A DNA stretch of 64,000 nucleotides from an uncultured Candidatus Saccharibacteria bacterium (lineage in GTDB: Bacteria > Patescibacteriota > WWE3 > UBA101185 > 2-01-FULL-41-18), in assembly GCA_964636285.1 (NCBI GenBank), contig CAZWQF010000004.1, positions 67,666 to 131,665 of the forward strand, written 5' to 3'. Below are positions 56,287 to 64,000 of this stretch, piece after piece. Position numbers and translations under genes: made by a program. Positions within the stretch are counted from its first letter, which is position 1, and each line of letters starts with the position of its first letter. The notes beneath the pieces were generated by a model. That model had not been told where the DNA came from, made no database searches, and worked only from the letters and a program-made list of their open reading frames with translations.

Positions 56287-56315
56287 ATTATATCCTATAG
56301 TATATAATAGGTCAA
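56287..56315 (-). promoter_or_regulatory. Near-consensus sigma70 promoter of the island
   Basis: TTGACC-17 nt-TATAAT on the minus strand. Confidence 0.8.
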
Positions 56316-56375
56316 CAGTGACCGCTTTGAACAAGTAGTCTTACATTCAATTTTTAAAACTTGTAGTATTAGGAC

Positions 56376-59093
56376 ATGTCTAAGTACTCACCTACTCAGG
56401 ACGACTTGGAATCCGATCAGAGTATAAAAATTGAAGAACAAAGAGCTACAATCGAATCTGTAGAAAAAATCCTAGTATTACTTGAAAATTTTGAGTTTGA
56501 GGAAGCCATGTATCTCAAGGAGGAAATCCTTCAAACTCCAAGTGATGACATCACAGAGATCCTTAGATCAGATGAGGAGCTTAGGCAGCGTGTGCTTGAC
56601 ACCATAAATCTCTACGCAACTAAATATTCAGCTAAAAAGTATTTACTAAACGAGGAACATTTGGAAACCTACGTGAAAACCAGGAATTTGATAAAGATTT
56701 TTGGAGTTGCACCAGATATGTATCCTGAAAGTATTGAGAATGCGATGGTGAGAACAATAAAAGCACTCTCGGTACATGATGGCTTTGCAACAACATTAGG
56801 AAGGTGTGAGGAACTCCATCTAGAAAGGGCACCGCATGTTTATGACACAGTCAGAAAAACACTTTATGAGTGCGCAGTGGAACAACCAATAATCTATGGC
56901 TCGTCTGATGAAGCTTTCATGTATACAAGATGTATTGAAATAATGGCCAATTTATATGAATACAAGGATGAAGAGATATCAAACCTACTTACAGAAGCGT
57001 TTATACATCCACTAGATGACTATGCAAACTGGTCTCGTGAAACTCGTATTGTAATGAGCGCAGTAGAGTACTTTGGCGTAGCTGATCCCGTTTATTCAAA
57101 TCCAGAGGTAATAAGCCACGTTAGAGATAAATTCGTATACTTTATAGAAAGTGACACAACAGGAATTCCAGAATACATAGCTGAAAAGTGCGCGGTACAG
57201 CTGGATGTTCAAGCTCCAGAATACCCACATGGCATGACGTATGCAGACTTAATTAAAGTAAGAGGCTCCGATGAGGCGGCAGGTAAATGGAACCTTAAAA
57301 GGATGCGTGGGTTAACCTATCTTGTGAAATCAGATGCGCTGCAAATTATTGCAGCACAAGGAGACGGGGCTTCTCATTACTTCCATGAGATTTCAAAAGG
57401 TATCCCCTCTTCTAATCAAGTAGAGCGAGAAGAAATAGAATTTTATGTTTATATTGCTAAAAAGTATGGGGTGCAGGCTAGATCGGTATTGGTAAATCTT
57501 GTAAACCGAAAAGGTACTGACATAGCAGATCAAAAAGCTGATATAGACATTTATATGGCATCTGTCGGAGTACCAGATCAAAAGCTTCTCGATGAATTCA
57601 AACATACGGAACAAGACCCAATAGCGCGAGAGGCGTTAGTAAGTAGGGTTAATACAATGAAAAAAGGGGCAATTGATGCAGATTCAGATTCGCTATGGCA
57701 ACCGGGTGGAGTAGCAGTTTTATATAGTGTTTTTCCTCCAACCTCTTCGGTAACATCTGCAGAATATCAAAGAATGTTATCTAACAGATGTGACTACAGT
57801 TTAGATGCAAATTTATCAAACATAAATAATAGGAGAGTAAGAGTACCTACGGGTAGATTAATGTTTGAATCCGGGGCAGAACTTGACAGAGACCTCTGGG
57901 ACTTGATTAACAACGCGATTGAAAATGCTAATACAAACCCGGCAGGATCGATAGATTCAAATGCAATTGCATTAAAACTTATTAAATCTGCCGTTTCTGG
58001 ACAGGAAGCCGATCAAGACTTGATAGAGCTTTTATACAGATTTCATTTACAAAGCGGTGGCGCTAAAGTGGAGCCAGCTGAAGACTCCTCTTATCAATCA
58101 TTAGCAAGGCTCTCTGAGTTTGTGAGAACAGAGATTGCTGGAAAATATATCCCGCAGGTACTCCAAACTTATTCACAAGAACATGCCGAGGAGTGGGCAC
58201 AGATAGAATCAGAGCTATTTAACAGAGTTAAAAAAACTAGGGAAAAGGATTTTGCTAGAGTTAAGAGTCTAATGCTAGGGTTAAAAAAATCAAAAAACCC
58301 TAGCGATGCTGAAAGATCTACTCAGATGCTACAGGAGACCCTGGAAAAATACGCATTATCTATTGCTGAGGCACAGATAATGGATGAAGATAGATTAAAA
58401 TCAATGATTGAAGCAGTCCCAGTGACTGAAGATGAAGATATACAGAGATCCGAGGACTACTACAACTCCCCTGAATTTCACAGGGCTTTAGATAAATTTG
58501 AAGAAAAGTACGATAGAAATAAGCTGGCTATAGGTAAGATCAGAGATCAGGCGATGAACCCTTTAATTAGATCCATGAACACAGAACTTGGAAAATTTAC
58601 TACCGAAGGTGATATAGAGGAGGAATCCAGAGAATTAGAATTAATTATAACCAAAAAACATGCTCACTCTATTGCAGGTTTCAATATGGGCGTGTGCACC
58701 GTGATTGATGAAGACCTGTGGGACAACCCAAACTTTATGAATTGCATCCTAGTAGATAGGGACAGAAACCTTGGGTTAGGTGGCATGCACTTGTTTGTCG
58801 CTGGTGGATACCTCACACTTCCAGGAATAAATCCATCAAATGAAGCGTTATCCAACGTAGAGTTAGGCAACCTAACGGATCAGATGCTTGAGTACTCTAA
58901 AGAAGTTGCTCGAGCCCTAAATTTAAGGGGAGTGCTTATACCCACCGACAAGTATATCGCTTCGAACAGGTCTAGGGTTTACTCATATCTGGAGGATCAA
59001 AAGTGGCCAAAGCTGAGATTACCAGCCCCAGTACACTTTGCAACAGTTGGTAACACATCTTACGAAATTAGAGACTGCTGGGTAGTTAAATAA
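56376..59093 (+). CDS. Large acidic hypothetical protein (905 aa)
   Basis: Long ORF, mostly helical-looking, with a C-terminal GVCT...LW...PGINPS segment; no family recognised. Confidence 0.7.
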   Translation: MSKYSPTQDDLESDQSIKIEEQRATIESVEKILVLLENFEFEEAMYLKEEILQTPSDDITEILRSDEELRQRVLDTINLYATKYSAKKYLLNEEHLETYVKTRNLIKIFGVAPDMYPESIENAMVRTIKALSVHDGFATTLGRCEELHLERAPHVYDTVRKTLYECAVEQPIIYGSSDEAFMYTRCIEIMANLYEYKDEEISNLLTEAFIHPLDDYANWSRETRIVMSAVEYFGVADPVYSNPEVISHVRDKFVYFIESDTTGIPEYIAEKCAVQLDVQAPEYPHGMTYADLIKVRGSDEAAGKWNLKRMRGLTYLVKSDALQIIAAQGDGASHYFHEISKGIPSSNQVEREEIEFYVYIAKKYGVQARSVLVNLVNRKGTDIADQKADIDIYMASVGVPDQKLLDEFKHTEQDPIAREALVSRVNTMKKGAIDADSDSLWQPGGVAVLYSVFPPTSSVTSAEYQRMLSNRCDYSLDANLSNINNRRVRVPTGRLMFESGAELDRDLWDLINNAIENANTNPAGSIDSNAIALKLIKSAVSGQEADQDLIELLYRFHLQSGGAKVEPAEDSSYQSLARLSEFVRTEIAGKYIPQVLQTYSQEHAEEWAQIESELFNRVKKTREKDFARVKSLMLGLKKSKNPSDAERSTQMLQETLEKYALSIAEAQIMDEDRLKSMIEAVPVTEDEDIQRSEDYYNSPEFHRALDKFEEKYDRNKLAIGKIRDQAMNPLIRSMNTELGKFTTEGDIEEESRELELIITKKHAHSIAGFNMGVCTVIDEDLWDNPNFMNCILVDRDRNLGLGGMHLFVAGGYLTLPGINPSNEALSNVELGNLTDQMLEYSKEVARALNLRGVLIPTDKYIASNRSRVYSYLEDQKWPKLRLPAPVHFATVGNTSYEIRDCWVVK

Positions 59094-59150
59094 AAAAATA
59101 ACTGCAGTCTCTTGAACTTTACCCACCCAAACCCTATCATTAAGTAGTCT

Positions 59151-59882
59151 ATGCAAAACTCAATGAACCCCAAACTTAAAAGGGTTCTGACGTCTCTTGG
59201 CGTTGTCCTCTTAATAGCGCTTGCCGCGGCCCCTGCTTACTACTTTTACCAAAAGTACCAAAGGGCTCAGTCACTTGTTCGAGATCCTGAAATGGCTTTA
59301 AGAGAAGAAAAAGCCGACCTTTTAAAAACTGTTTCAAAGCTAATCCAACTACCAGCATCAGAAGAACCTACTATTGCAACCGTATCCGATGTTGAAAAAA
59401 TTAAGGATCAGCCCTTTTTTGCAAAGTCTCAGAACGGCGACAAAGTAATAATTTATGCTCAAGATAAAAAGGCGTACCTCTATAGACCTTCGGAAAAAAG
59501 ACTTGTTGATGTGGCTCCAATAAATTTAGGAACACAGGAGGTTGCAGGTGCAAACACAACGCAGGAGAACATAACTTTAAGATTAGCTTTGTTTAATGGC
59601 ACTCAGATTAACGGCCTGACAAAACAAGTAGACATAAAACTTTTAAAGAATGTATCCTTAAGTTACGAAGTAGTGACGCGAAAAAACGCAGTTAAGACCA
59701 ACTACGCAAAGACCCTTGTGATAGATCTTAGTACTGATGAAAGTGGAAAAGGTAAGTTTGCAGATCAAGCAAAAGAAATTGCAAATGCACTTGGAGGAGA
59801 GGTACTAGCACTCCCACAAGAAGAAGCAAAACCAGAAGGAGCCGATATTTTAATTATTGCAGGCCCTAACCTTCAAGACTAA
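59151..59882 (+). CDS. Membrane-anchored LytR C-terminal-domain protein
   Basis: N-terminal TM helix; LALFNGTQINGLT...NA...Y..TLV...ADILIIAG. Confidence 0.8.
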   Translation: MQNSMNPKLKRVLTSLGVVLLIALAAAPAYYFYQKYQRAQSLVRDPEMALREEKADLLKTVSKLIQLPASEEPTIATVSDVEKIKDQPFFAKSQNGDKVIIYAQDKKAYLYRPSEKRLVDVAPINLGTQEVAGANTTQENITLRLALFNGTQINGLTKQVDIKLLKNVSLSYEVVTRKNAVKTNYAKTLVIDLSTDESGKGKFADQAKEIANALGGEVLALPQEEAKPEGADILIIAGPNLQD

Positions 59883-59884
59883 TC

Positions 59885-60147
59885 TGCCCGGGAGACTAAA
59901 ACCCGCATTCCATAAGCATTTGTAGTGTTAAGCTTTTAAAACACAGTGAAAATCATGCGCTAACGCCAAACCAACCTTACTAACTTTAAGCCCAATTCAT
60001 TAAAGCTAAATCAAAGTAAAAACCTGGTACTAGAAAAGTCACCCAAAACTATCCCATAGAACAAATTTTTAGCAATAAATAAACTACCCTATATTATTTT
60101 CACTATCAATTTATCCAATGATAATGCGGGTTTTAGTCTCCCGGACT
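59885..60147. repeat. Inverted REP-like pair (59885-59907 and 60125-60147)
   Basis: TGCCCGGGAGACTAAAACCCGCATT and AATGCGGGTTTTAGTCTCCCGG. Confidence 0.8.
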
Positions 60148-60299
60148 GAAAATTGAACACACTATACCCTGCAAAAATACTCATTGTAGGAATATTTAAT
60201 ACTACAAAATAAACTATTGCATAATTCAATCCCATAATGCTAATATCTAGAAATTGAATCCACATCATTTCGCCCCACAACGGGAAATGACACAGATTT

Positions 60300-63200
60300 A
60301 TGACAACTGCCCAAAATGTACTCAAATCCAATGATGCTGCAAAGAAGCTTGGAATTTCCAAGTCTACATTGCTTCGTTACCAAAAAGAGGGCCTTGTCAC
60401 TGCAACAAAAAACCCCAAAACGGGCTATCAATATTTTAACCTTGAAGACATTAATGCGCTTAAAAAAACACTCTCAGAAACCGAATCGGATAGAAGAGCG
60501 GAGATTGCCAGAAAAAGAGCTGGAAGAAGCGCTATATATCAGCAAAGCCACCCATCAATTAAGGTAGAAGATACCGCAGTTGACCCAAAAATAAACAAGG
60601 TTGAGACCCAAATAAAACCACTAAACAGTAAAAAAACTAAGTCAGGAGAACAACAGACTGCAAAATCAAGACTTAGGGAAAGCTCTGAAGCAGATGGCTT
60701 GTTAAACAATCCCCTCTCATCAATACCCTCCTCTACTCCATCTGAAATTGAAAAGCTTGAGGAGCTCAACCTTAAGACCGCAAGAATGGTCTCAACCATT
60801 AGAAATCTTCTTGTTATTGTTGCAATAGTCATAATGCTAGGCATTCCAGCAATTCTTTATTTTTCCACAGGTACAAACATGATCTTCTTCACCCAGCAGG
60901 GAGATTCTAGTAAACAGATGGGAGTTAAGGAAAACGCACAAGCCCAAAACAGCGGAAAAAACGGAGGAGCCGGAAATGTATACCCAAGCGCTGGAGAAGG
61001 AAACGGAAATACAAACGACAAAGGCCTTACCATCCCAACTGAAAATTCAGGAGGCGGCCCTGTTTCTGCTTTTTTTAACTTTTTTGGCGGTTCAGGCCCA
61101 ACAAACAATTCGGATATTAATGAGATCAATATTTCAGACAACCCGCATTTCAATTCGGTTACAACAAATTCCCTTAACGCTTCAAACATAGACACTGACA
61201 GCCTAGATACACAAAGCATTAAAGCCTCAGGGACATCATATTTTGCCGGAGCAGAATTTTCTGGACAAGTTAGCTTAAACGGAGGCGCTACTTTTGGAGG
61301 CGATATAAATGCACAAGGAAAAACGCTCAATCTTGGCGACGGAAAACTCACAGCATCAAATGTTTTATACGGAATAAAGGCTGGAGACGGCGTCACCATA
61401 ACAGGAGAGGCGCAGAACCCAACAATTAGTGTGGATTTGGCAGGTCTTAATTCGCAACTCAAAGAAGAGGTTGTAACAACATTTCAAGGCCTAACCGGAG
61501 CTGTAACACTTAAAGCTGGAAACGGTGTAAAAATCTCTGGCACAGAAATAACAGTTGATGCAACCATGACAGAGATTCTAGAAAATGGTGACTGCAGTGG
61601 CTGTATTTATAACGAAAACATCAGCGACGCTCTCACTATCTCCGATGCAGGAAGTGTTTCCACACTCGCACTTGTAGGTGCTGTGGGAACCGCAAAAGGA
61701 GGCACAGGAATTACCGATTACGCACCAGGTGACATTTTATATGCTTCTGGAGCAGACATTCTCTCAAAGCTTCCTGTGGGCTCTACAAACCAAGTGCTTG
61801 CAATCATTGGTGGGATGCCAACATGGACAACGCTAGCTGGAGGTGGAAGTTGTCCTGAATGTTTGATCAACAATCCGGTGTCAACTCAAACTATCTTGGC
61901 AAGTGCTACTAGTGCGATTGGGCTTTCTATTGAGCAACCGTCTGGAGGAACTGCGGATGTGTTCCGTGTCACAAATTCCGGAGGCGGAACAAGCTACATG
62001 CGAATAAATTCCTCAGGAAATGTTTTGCTTTCAGGAAGTTTAAATGCGAATGGGGTTGTGACCTCTTCCCTTTCGGCAACATCTAGTACCGTGACAACTG
62101 AAAATGTCACGAATTTAACGGTTTCATCAGGCGTTACTTTCTCTGGAATCTCAACTGGCGTTTTGAAGTCATCTTCAGGAACAATTTCATCTGGAAGTGT
62201 TAATTTGGCTTCAGAAGTAACTGGAACGCTTGGTGTTAACAGAGGCGGTACTGGGACTGCTACTTTCACCTCAAATGGACTTTTATTCGGTAATGGCACG
62301 TCAGCAATTGGGGCAACTACAGCAGGAACAGATGGTCAACTTTTGGTTGGAGTGACGGGCTCTGCTCCAGTATTTAGAAGCCTTTCAGGTGATGCAACCA
62401 TCAATAGCACAACAGGTGTACTCAGTATTTCATCAGATTCGGTTACATTGGGTACAGATACAACAGGTAACTATGTGTCCGGTATCACAGCAGGAAATGG
62501 ACTTATCGGCACTGTAGCTAGTGAAGGTGCTAATGCTACTCTTAATATAGGAGCAGGAAATGGAATCACAGTTAATGCAGACGATATTACAATTGATGCT
62601 ACAACAACAGGTACAACTGCAACTGCATCTTCCAACTCTGGTATTGAAGTTACCTCCGAAGGTATAAGACTTCTTGGGGGATGTACAAATAACTATGTTT
62701 TGGCATGGGTTTCAGGTGGGGGCGGAGCGTGGACATGCACAGACCCTAACACATTATTTTCAGGCGGGTATGCCAGCTGGACTGTATCTGACGGATCAGC
62801 AAGCGAAGCCGTTGCATCAGGCAATACAGTCACATTTAGCGGAGGCAACGCACTAACTGCTACTTACAACACAGGCACAAACACCCTAACAATTGATCAC
62901 GACGACACTTCTTCACAGGCTAGTGTGGACAACTCCGGCGCAAACTTTATACAAGACATACTACTTGATGCAAATGGCCATTTAACAGGGATCGTAACGG
63001 CAGATGCGGCGGTAGCACTTTCGGGCTCCTTTGATAATTATCAATCCTGGTCACTTGTAAGTGATGCCGGAGGAATAAATCAAACAATTTCCAGTGGAAA
63101 CTCAGCAAATATTCTTGGTGGAACAAACGGTATAGATACAGTAACCAGCAACACAGACACGCTTACAATTAACCTAGACACCACAGAGATTGGAACAACA

Positions 63201-64000
63201 ACATTTGGATCTGGAAGTGACTTCGCATGGACATTTGGGTCAAGCGCTGTGACCGACCCTACCCTAGCCTTTACCTCAGGCGCTGTCAGTTTGGATTCGA
63301 ATGGAGCAGTTAATGTTACAACAGGCTCTGCTTCAGATTCGTTTAATGTGTTGTCTGGAAATATAAAAGTTGGAAACGGAACACCTAATACAACACTTAA
63401 TGGCGAAGATCTTTATGTTGAGGGCACGCTGGAAGCTGATGGAAGCGTAAGATTTGACGGAGCTATACAGACAGCGCTTTCATCCGGAGTCCTCTACTCT
63501 AATTCTGGAACTGTAACAAGTGAAGCTCAGCTTGATGTAACAAGAGGAGGTACAGGCGCCTCCACTTTGACAGCGAACAGCCTATTATTAGGAAACGGAA
63601 CATCTGCTATTGGTGTGGTTAGCGCAGGATTAGATGGGCAACTTTTAGTTGGAGTGACGGGATCTGCTCCAGTTTTTAGAAGCCTCTCAGGAGACGCAAC
63701 TATCAACAGCGGAACTGGAGCGCTAACAATTTCTACGAACGCAGTAACTCTAAGTACTGATACAGCAGGAAACTATATTGCAAACATTACAGGTAGTTCG
63801 CAGATAACTGTTAACGGTACAGGATCAGAAAACGCCACGGCATCACTTAGCATCACAGGGAACTCGGTAGACTTTACGCAACTTGCCAATTCGCTTTCAC
63901 TTGATGCTTCTACTGATATAGCTGTTACCGGTTCAAATGTTTTGTCTGTCACAAATTCAGGAAGCGCAAACTCCTTTGTAGTTAATGACCAAGCCTCCGA
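60300..64000 (+). CDS. Second giant MerR-HTH / TM / beta-repeat surface protein, 3'-truncated (over 1,230 aa); paralogue of 10165-26346; absent from the ORF track
   Basis: ATG at 60300 gives MTTAQNVLKSNDAAKKLGISKSTLLRYQKEGLV...GYQYF. TM helix LLVIVAIVIMLGIPAILYF. Shared blocks WVSGGGGAWTCT and TLTIDHDDTS. In frame at every point checked up to the window end. Confidence 0.88.
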   Translation, partial: MTTAQNVLKSNDAAKKLGISKSTLLRYQKEGLVTATKNPKTGYQYFNLEDINALKKTLSETESDRRAEIARKRAGRSAIYQQSHPSIKVEDTAVDPKINKVETQIKPLNSKKTKSGEQQTAKSRLRESSEADGLLNNPLSSIPSSTPSEIEKLEELNLKTARMVSTIRNLLVIVAIVIMLGIPAILYFSTGTNMIFFTQQGDSSKQMGVKENAQAQNSGKNGGAGNVYPSAGEGNGNTNDKGLTIPTENSGGGPVSAFFNFFGGSGPTNNSDINEINISDNPHFNSVTTNSLNASNIDTDSLDTQSIKASGTSYFAGAEFSGQVSLNGGATFGGDINAQGKTLNLGDGKLTASNVLYGIKAGDGVTITGEAQNPTISVDLAGLNSQLKEEVVTTFQGLTGAVTLKAGNGVKISGTEITVDATMTEILENGDCSGCIYNENISDALTISDAGSVSTLALVGAVGTAKGGTGITDYAPGDILYASGADILSKLPVGSTNQVLAIIGGMPTWTTLAGGGSCPECLINNPVSTQTILASATSAIGLSIEQPSGGTADVFRVTNSGGGTSYMRINSSGNVLLSGSLNANGVVTSSLSATSSTVTTENVTNLTVSSGVTFSGISTGVLKSSSGTISSGSVNLASEVTGTLGVNRGGTGTATFTSNGLLFGNGTSAIGATTAGTDGQLLVGVTGSAPVFRSLSGDATINSTTGVLSISSDSVTLGTDTTGNYVSGITAGNGLIGTVASEGANATLNIGAGNGITVNADDITIDATTTGTTATASSNSGIEVTSEGIRLLGGCTNNYVLAWVSGGGGAWTCTDPNTLFSGGYASWTVSDGSASEAVASGNTVTFSGGNALTATYNTGTNTLTIDHDDTSSQASVDNSGANFIQDILLDANGHLTGIVTADAAVALSGSFDNYQSWSLVSDAGGINQTISSGNSANILGGTNGIDTVTSNTDTLTINLDTTEIGTTTFGSGSDFAWTFGSSAVTDPTLAFTSGAVSLDSNGAVNVTTGSASDSFNVLSGNIKVGNGTPNTTLNGEDLYVEGTLEADGSVRFDGAIQTALSSGVLYSNSGTVTSEAQLDVTRGGTGASTLTANSLLLGNGTSAIGVVSAGLDGQLLVGVTGSAPVFRSLSGDATINSGTGALTISTNAVTLSTDTAGNYIANITGSSQITVNGTGSENATASLSITGNSVDFTQLANSLSLDASTDIAVTGSNVLSVTNSGSANSFVVNDQAS

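Overview
Chromosomal segment of a small-genome bacterium, most consistent with Patescibacteria/CPR. This is inferred from the gene content, the many leaderless-looking genes, the GT5/GH57/GalT glucan cluster and the giant surface proteins; no marker gene was placed phylogenetically. Core content: secE-nusG-rplK-rplA and rplJ-rplL with an L10 leader; a glycogen-type cluster interrupted by a 16-kb giant gene; mreB; a sortase/WxL-like surface cluster with an embedded tRNA-Pro; Fur and degenerate Fic genes. There are three giant, mosaic, fibre-like surface-protein genes, two of them fused to an N-terminal MerR-type DNA-binding HTH. The most unusual region is a minus-strand island at about 52.3-56.3 kb. 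It has a near-consensus sigma70 promoter and a short terminated leader RNA. Behind these lie small GC-richer genes with strong Shine-Dalgarno sites, including a probable AcrIII-1/DUF1874 ring-nuclease homologue and a gene split at a G7 tract. Their spacers are densely structured and contain a canonical hammerhead ribozyme and two duplicated unknown RNA motifs, one with a loop complementary to the leader RNA. Also seen: two stand-alone structured ncRNA candidates (about 240 nt, and about 670 nt with a 6S-like core), a 25-aa Cys4 micropeptide behind a Zur-like operator, and a dispersed REP-like bulged-hairpin family. All homology calls are by eye from motifs; no searches or folding programs were run.
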